This document shows, piece by piece, positions 6,436-11,606 of a stretch of DNA of 11,606 nucleotides. Numbering within the stretch: the first letter of the stretch is position 1; every line of letters starts with the position of its first letter. The stretch comes from Vulcanimicrobiota bacterium (GTDB lineage: Bacteria > Vulcanimicrobiota > Vulcanimicrobiia > Vulcanimicrobiales > Vulcanimicrobiaceae): positions 1-11,606 of the forward strand of contig PKZK01000173.1 in the NCBI GenBank assembly GCA_003133025.1, read 5' to 3'. A program made the position numbers and the translations under genes. The notes beneath the pieces were generated by a model, which saw only the letters and a list, made by a program, of their open reading frames with translations, was not told the DNA's origin and made no database searches.

Positions 6436-8624
6436 AACTGATCGGCACCCCCCTCGATCGCATCGACGGCCCCGCCAAGGTCGCCGGCACGGCGCGCTAT
6501 TCCGCCGAGTTCGTGTTGCCCGGCTTGGTGCATGCGGTGATGGTCACGAGCACGGTCGGTAAGGGCCGCATCGCCTCGATCGACACGCGCTCGGCCTTAG
6601 CCGAGCAAGGCGTCATCACCGTTCTGACGCATCGTAACGCGCCGCACGCCAAACAGGCCAAGAGCGGCGGCGGCGTCGACCGGTATTTGCCCGTACTCCA
6701 AGACGACCTCGTACGCTACGACCGGCAACCGGTCGCGCTCGTGATCGCCGAAACGTTCGAGGCCGCCCTCGACGCCGCTTCGCGCGTCGTCGTGCGCTAC
6801 GACTCGACCGCGCCCGTGACGCGCTTCGCCAACGGTGAGACGTATACGCCCAAAGACATCATGGGCGAGCCTCCCGACCTGCAGCGCGGCGATCCCGACG
6901 GCGCCCTCAAGGCCGCCCGCTTCGCGGTCGACGAAATCTACACGACGCCGGTGGAGCACCACAACCCGCTGGAGCCGCACGCCACGATCGCCGATTGGAA
7001 CGGCACTCGCCTGACCTTGTACGACGCCACGCAAGGCATCTTTGCCACGCGCAAACGCGTGGCCGAAGCGCTGGAAATTCCAGTCGACTCGATCCACGTG
7101 ATCACCGAGTTTCTCGGCGGCGGCTTCGGCTGCAAGGGTTCCGCCTGGCCGCACGTCGTGCTCGCCGCGCTCGGCGCCAAGGCCGTGAAGCGCCCCGTCA
7201 AACTGGTGTTGACGCGACCGCAGATGTTCGGTTCGGTCGGCTACCGCCCGCGCACGGTGCAGCGTCTCGCCCTGGCCGCCGACGGCGACGGCAAGCTGAC
7301 CTCGACGATCCACGAGACCACCTCGCAAACGTCGTCGTTCGACGAATTCATCGAACCCTCGACGATGATCACGCGCATGCTGTACGCCGTGCCCAACCTG
7401 CGTACCACGCAGCGGCTCGTTCGCCTCGACGCAGCGACGCCGACGTTCATGCGTGCGCCGGGCGAATCCAGCGGCTCGTTTGCGCTCGAGTCGGCGATGG
7501 ACGAGTTGGCCTATCGCACCGGACTCGATCCGCTCGAACTGCGGCTGCGCAATTACGCCGAGAAGGATCCGTCGAAGGACATTCCGTTTTCGAGCAAGTC
7601 GCTGCGCGAGTGCTATCGCGTCGGTGCGGAACGCTTCGGCTGGTCGAACCGTCCGAAGCAGCCGCGCTCGCGCAGCGAAAACGGCATGCTCGTCGGCTAC
7701 GGCATGGCCACGGCCACGTACCCGACGCATCGCAGCGCGGCCGCCGCCTCGGCGCGCATCGCCTCCGACGGCAGCGCCCAAGTCGTGAGCGGCACGCAAG
7801 ATCTCGGCACCGGCTCGTACACCGTCTTCACGCAGGTTGCGTCTGAGGCGCTGGCCATGCCGATCGACAGCGTGCACTTCGATCTGGGCAACACCAACTT
7901 CCCGAGCGCGCCCGCCTCCGGCGGATCGCAAACTGCGGCCAGCGTCGGCTCGGCCGTTTACGCCGCGGGCAACGCCGCGCGCGCGAAGCTCCTCGAGCTG
8001 GCCCTCGCCGACGAAGGCTCGCCGCTGCACGGCCGGCGCGCGAGCGAAGTGGTCGCAGCCGACGGGCGCTTCTCGCTACGCGCGAACCCCGCGATCGGCG
8101 AACGCTACACCGACATCCTGCGGCGCCAGGGTTTGGATCACATCGAAGGCTACGCCGAAGCCAAGCCCGGCAGCGAACAAAAGGAGTACTCGATGCACGC
8201 CTTCGGCGCGCAGTTCGCCGAAGTGCGCGTCGACCCCGAACTCGGCACGGTGAGGGTGGAACGCATGGTCGGCGCGTTCGCATCCGGCCGCATCCTCAAC
8301 GCAAAGACCGCGCGCAGCCAATACCTGGGCGGCATGACCTGGGGCCTCTCGATGGCGCTCTTCGAAGACACGCGAACCGACCTGCGCACCGGACGCATCA
8401 TGAGCGCCAATCTCGAGAAGTATCTCGTGCCGGTCAACGCCGACGTGCACCGGATGGACATCTCTCTGATCGAGGAAGAGGACGCCTACGTCAACCCGAT
8501 CGGGGTCAAGGGCATCGGCGAGATCGGGATCGTCGGCTCGGCCGCCGCGATCGCCAACGCCGTCTTCAACGCGACCGGCGTCCGCGTCCGCGACCTGCCC
8601 ATCGCCCCGGAGAAGCTGCTCTAG
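6432..8624 (+). CDS. paoC: Molybdopterin-binding large subunit of PaoABC/YagTSR-type oxidoreductase, 730 aa (start corrected to GTG 6432)
   Basis: GTGA overlap with the paoB stop. Motifs RIDGPAKVAG, HHNPLEPHAT, FLGGGFGCKG, FMRAPGE, GTQDLGTGSYT, SGGSQTAASVGSA and KGIGEIG (catalytic Glu position), ending TGVRVRDLPI. Confidence 0.94.
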   Translation: MKLIGTPLDRIDGPAKVAGTARYSAEFVLPGLVHAVMVTSTVGKGRIASIDTRSALAEQGVITVLTHRNAPHAKQAKSGGGVDRYLPVLQDDLVRYDRQPVALVIAETFEAALDAASRVVVRYDSTAPVTRFANGETYTPKDIMGEPPDLQRGDPDGALKAARFAVDEIYTTPVEHHNPLEPHATIADWNGTRLTLYDATQGIFATRKRVAEALEIPVDSIHVITEFLGGGFGCKGSAWPHVVLAALGAKAVKRPVKLVLTRPQMFGSVGYRPRTVQRLALAADGDGKLTSTIHETTSQTSSFDEFIEPSTMITRMLYAVPNLRTTQRLVRLDAATPTFMRAPGESSGSFALESAMDELAYRTGLDPLELRLRNYAEKDPSKDIPFSSKSLRECYRVGAERFGWSNRPKQPRSRSENGMLVGYGMATATYPTHRSAAAASARIASDGSAQVVSGTQDLGTGSYTVFTQVASEALAMPIDSVHFDLGNTNFPSAPASGGSQTAASVGSAVYAAGNAARAKLLELALADEGSPLHGRRASEVVAADGRFSLRANPAIGERYTDILRRQGLDHIEGYAEAKPGSEQKEYSMHAFGAQFAEVRVDPELGTVRVERMVGAFASGRILNAKTARSQYLGGMTWGLSMALFEDTRTDLRTGRIMSANLEKYLVPVNADVHRMDISLIEEEDAYVNPIGVKGIGEIGIVGSAAAIANAVFNATGVRVRDLPIAPEKLL

Positions 8625-8691
8625 AGAGGGACGAGCCCAAGGCCAACGAACGCTCCTGAGGTAATCGACTCACCTTCTTGGAGCACTCTCA

Positions 8692-9729
8692 ATGAAAATT
8701 CTCGTTCAGGGCTCTCTCTTCGCTCTCGCAGTTTCGGCAATAGCGCTCGTTTCGACCCCGCAGGGCTCTGCCCGACAGGTCGGAGCACGTCGCATTCCGG
8801 TTGCCGTGCCCTCGGCCGGACCGGCGCAGCGCGCGCCTCGCGTCGGGGTAGCGGTTCCGGCGTTGCCCCCGGAGGCGTTCCCCTCGCCGGGCACACTGCT
8901 GGTCAATCAGAGCTTCGCGTACTCGAAGACCCCGCCCAACGCTTTCGGCTGGATCGACCAGGCCTGCTTGACCGCCGGCAAGACCGTTGTGAGCGGATCC
9001 GTTCCGCCTTGCGGAGACCTCGCGCCGCAAGATAAGAACGGGTCGGGCGCGCTCGAAAACACCAACGCCTCGACCTTCGCGGAAGGCTGGGTCGCCTACG
9101 AAAAGCCGCTTTCGACCGCGCTCGGTCTCCAAGTCGCCTTCACCATTTATTCGTTCGACGGCGACAGCGCCGACGGTCAATTGCTCTACTTTACCGATGC
9201 ATCGGGCGGCCCGCCGACGACGATCGGACGATTTGGCGGCAATCTCGGCTATACCAGCGGCTACGGCTTAGGCGGCCTCGACTATGCGTATCTCGGCATC
9301 GGCTTCGACGAATCGGGCCAGTTCAGTCAGAACGCCCCCAATCAAGGCCTCAACGGTGGTAACGAGAATCGCGTGCCCGAAACGATCACCGCCCGCGGAT
9401 CCGTGTCGACGGGTTACTATTATCTCGGCGGCGCGGAAAATGCAAAAGGCCAACACGTCAGCCTGCCCTTCGATTGGGACCAGCCCAATTCGCAGAAGCG
9501 ACCGTCGACCGGGCCCACCGTGTACGTCACGCTTTCACCCACCGGCTACGTCACCGCCTCCGTCGACATCCACGACGGCGCCGGCTTCGTCACCTATTAT
9601 GCCCAATCGATCGTGGGCGTCGCGGGCCAACCCGCCGTTCCCGCAAACGTCTACATCGGGGTCACCGGCGCGACGGGCGCAGGCGTCAACCGCCACCAGA
9701 TCGAGGACTTTTACATCTGGCAGGGCTGA
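8692..9729 (+). CDS. Secreted protein with bacterial L-type (legume) lectin-like beta-sandwich domain, 345 aa
   Basis: SD GGAG at 8680-8683; Sec-type signal peptide; Pro-rich linker. Motifs ACLTA...PPC, 'GLQVAFTIYSF..SADGQLLYF', 'GGNLGY', 'AYLGIGFDESGQFS' and 'VYIGVTGATGAGVNRHQIEDF' parallel the ADG, GGxLG, vavEFD and vGFsAaTG..n.H.I elements of L-type lectins. Confidence 0.72.
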   Translation: MKILVQGSLFALAVSAIALVSTPQGSARQVGARRIPVAVPSAGPAQRAPRVGVAVPALPPEAFPSPGTLLVNQSFAYSKTPPNAFGWIDQACLTAGKTVVSGSVPPCGDLAPQDKNGSGALENTNASTFAEGWVAYEKPLSTALGLQVAFTIYSFDGDSADGQLLYFTDASGGPPTTIGRFGGNLGYTSGYGLGGLDYAYLGIGFDESGQFSQNAPNQGLNGGNENRVPETITARGSVSTGYYYLGGAENAKGQHVSLPFDWDQPNSQKRPSTGPTVYVTLSPTGYVTASVDIHDGAGFVTYYAQSIVGVAGQPAVPANVYIGVTGATGAGVNRHQIEDFYIWQG

Positions 9730-9741
9730 ACGCCCAAACGC

Positions 9742-11013
9742 TCATGCCGCTTCGGCGCGCACGCGCTTGCGGGGGACGCGTTCGGTCGCGACGCGTTCCC
9801 CCGAGATCGCCCAGAGTAACGCGACGGCCATGTAGTTGGCCACGAGCGAACTGCCGCCGTAGGAAACGAAGGGCACCGTGATGCCGGTGAGCGGGAAGAG
9901 TCCGAGCACGCCGCCGACGATGATGAACGCCTGGAAGCCGATCACCGCAGCCAGTCCCGTGCCCAGCAACTTCGCGTACAGATCGGGTTGCGCTTGCGCG
10001 GCCTGCAGCGCGCGCACGACGAGGATGAGGAAGGCGCCGAGCACCACGAGGCCGCCGAGCGCGCCGAACTCCTCGCTCCACGCCGCAAACACGTAGTCCG
10101 TCTGCGCCGCGGGAATGTAGCCCGGATGCCCGAGCCGGTAGCCCGTGCCGAATAAGCCGCCCGCAGCCAGCGAAAAGAGGCCCTGTAAGGCCTGATAGCC
10201 CGAGCCCAGCGGGTCGGCGAACGGATCGCGCCACGCCGCGACGCGCGCGGCCACGTACGGGTAATGGCGCACGGCCCAGGCCATCGCGAGCGCGAAGGCA
10301 ACCGCACCGCCCGCGATCAGATCGAGGCGCCGCGTCGCAACGTAGAGCATGGCCACGAAGGTCGCGAGCAAGAGCGCGGCCATGCCGATGTCGCGCTCGA
10401 AAAACAGAATCGCCATCGACGCGCCCCAGCCGAGCAAGAGCGGCCCGAGATAGCGCGCGTTCTCGCGCAGCGAGAGCGGCTTGGCCTCCGCGATCACGTC
10501 GGCATTCTCGGCCAGATACGCGGCCATGAAGAGCACGATGAAGAGCTTGATCACCTCGACCGGCTCGTATTGCACGGGCCCGATCCTGATCCACAGCTTC
10601 GCGCCGTTGACCTCTTGTCCGAACACCGCGACGAGCGCGAAGAGCACGATCGCGCCGAGCACCCAAATGTACTTGAAGGCCGCCAGTCGCCGGAAGCCGT
10701 CGAAGAACGGGCCGGCGACGATCGCGAGCCCGAGCGAGATCGCAAGCCAGATCTCTTGTTTGCGCGCCAGCTCGGCCGAGAGTCGCGCGATCGCGGCCAA
10801 CCCCACGCACGAAAGCAGGATCGCGATCGCGGGCAGCACGCCGTCGCGGCGCACGCCGCGCGGCGCGCGCAGCACCCAGGCCAGGGCCATCGCTGCCAGC
10901 GCGATCAACGCGGCCGGGCTGCCCAACGCACCGCGCGGCGCGAGCGACAAGAGAAAGCCGCCGATGGTCAGAGCCGCGACCGTCGGCAGCACCGAGCGCA
11001 CGCGCGCCCTCAA
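9742..11013 (-). CDS. rodA: SEDS-family (RodA/FtsW/SpoVE) peptidoglycan glycosyltransferase, 423 aa
   Basis: VNGAKLWIRIG, QYEPVEVIK, ERDIGMA, GYQALQGLFSLAAGGLFGTG, IPAAQTDYVFAAWSEEFG (catalytic Asp retained), PLTGITVPFVSYGGSSL. The TTG start overlaps the upstream TGA. Assignment as rodA rather than ftsW is inferred from the PP2C neighbour. Confidence 0.92.
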   Translation of the reverse strand: MRARVRSVLPTVAALTIGGFLLSLAPRGALGSPAALIALAAMALAWVLRAPRGVRRDGVLPAIAILLSCVGLAAIARLSAELARKQEIWLAISLGLAIVAGPFFDGFRRLAAFKYIWVLGAIVLFALVAVFGQEVNGAKLWIRIGPVQYEPVEVIKLFIVLFMAAYLAENADVIAEAKPLSLRENARYLGPLLLGWGASMAILFFERDIGMAALLLATFVAMLYVATRRLDLIAGGAVAFALAMAWAVRHYPYVAARVAAWRDPFADPLGSGYQALQGLFSLAAGGLFGTGYRLGHPGYIPAAQTDYVFAAWSEEFGALGGLVVLGAFLILVVRALQAAQAQPDLYAKLLGTGLAAVIGFQAFIIVGGVLGLFPLTGITVPFVSYGGSSLVANYMAVALLWAISGERVATERVPRKRVRAEAA

Positions 11014-11606
11014 TGCGTGATGAAACCGAAGCGGTACACGTACACCGCAAACGACACGGCGACCACGGCCAGCATGAGCAGCGCGATCGCGGCGCGCAAC
11101 CGGTCCAAACGCGTGCCGCTGCTCACCGCCGGGTGCGCCGGAATCAAGAGTTCGCGCCCGACGATCAGCGTCGCGTTGTCGATCGTGCCGCGCTGTTTGG
11201 CCACGCCGAGCAGATGTCCGACCGCATCGGCCGCGCTTTCGGCGTTATCGAGCGTGTCGCCGATCTCGTCGGCGGCGACGCAGCGATGGATGCCGTCGGT
11301 GCAAAGCACCAGTTGATCGCCTGCCAGCAGTTCGTAGTGGAAAATGCTGACCTCGAGCTTGGGCTGCGTGCCCAAACTGCGCCAGAGCAATCCGCGCATC
11401 AAGGGCTTCGCGGGAATCGTGGTCTTCGTATTGCCCAAGCCCGGTTCGGCGAAGATCTCGTCGTCGGTGGTCAGCGTTTCGAGCCGGCCCAAACGCAGAA
11501 GGTAGGCACGCGAGTCGCCGACGTGGGCCACGAAGGCGTGATGTCCCACGACCATGACGGTGGTCAGCGACGCGCCGCTGCCCACGAAATCTTCGTGGCT
11601 GCCGCT
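11010..11606 (-). CDS. PP2C/PPM-family Ser/Thr protein phosphatase with C-terminal TM helix (PstP/Stp1-like); 5'-truncated by window edge
   Basis: The frame is open to 11606 (SGSHEDFVGSGASLT...). Motifs AHVGDSRAYLLR, LVLCTDGI and GTIDNAT; hydrophobic C-terminal segment AAIALLMLAVVAVSFAVYVY. Confidence 0.9.
   Translation of the reverse strand, partial: SGSHEDFVGSGASLTTVMVVGHHAFVAHVGDSRAYLLRLGRLETLTTDDEIFAEPGLGNTKTTIPAKPLMRGLLWRSLGTQPKLEVSIFHYELLAGDQLVLCTDGIHRCVAADEIGDTLDNAESAADAVGHLLGVAKQRGTIDNATLIVGRELLIPAHPAVSSGTRLDRLRAAIALLMLAVVAVSFAVYVYRFGFITH

Noticed and set aside
6432..8624. Aerobic CO dehydrogenase (coxL) or xanthine dehydrogenase assignment
   Set aside because: The active-site loop is FMRAPG, the gene order is small-medium-large, and the medium subunit has the PaoB-type Cys insertion.
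8620..8665. Passing resemblance to SAM-I (GAGGGAC..GCCC) and SAH (AACG..CGCTC) riboswitch fragments
   Set aside because: The other conserved elements and helices are missing, and the downstream gene is unrelated to methionine/SAM metabolism.

Overview
A high-GC, gene-dense chromosomal window with no mobile element, CRISPR array or RNA gene that I can recognise. The + strand carries, in order: the 3' end of an RND (AcrB-like) transporter; a LytS-type sensor kinase and a LytTR response regulator; a GT-C fold (GT39/ArnT/PMT_2-like) membrane glycosyltransferase; an NHL-like beta-propeller lipoprotein; a paoABC (yagTSR)-type molybdo-flavo aldehyde oxidoreductase; and a secreted L-type lectin-like protein. 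Converging from the - strand are a SEDS (RodA/FtsW) gene and a 5'-truncated membrane-anchored PP2C phosphatase. The most informative non-coding signal is an AlgR-like LytTR box, CCGCTCGTCAC. It is a perfect direct repeat with a 21-bp period (2050-2060, 2071-2081) upstream of an apparently leaderless sigma70-type promoter for the glycosyltransferase. A third copy (146-156), inside the RND gene tail, sits the same 7 nt before a -35 hexamer upstream of the kinase. This suggests an autoregulated LytS/LytTR circuit controlling a cell-envelope glycosylation module (inference). Other oddities are a single-arginine Tat-like motif on PaoA, no paoD/xdhC, an SD-occluding hairpin before the lectin gene, and a PP2C-rodA pair with no downstream PBP gene. 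All family calls come from motif recognition by eye; no database searches were run.
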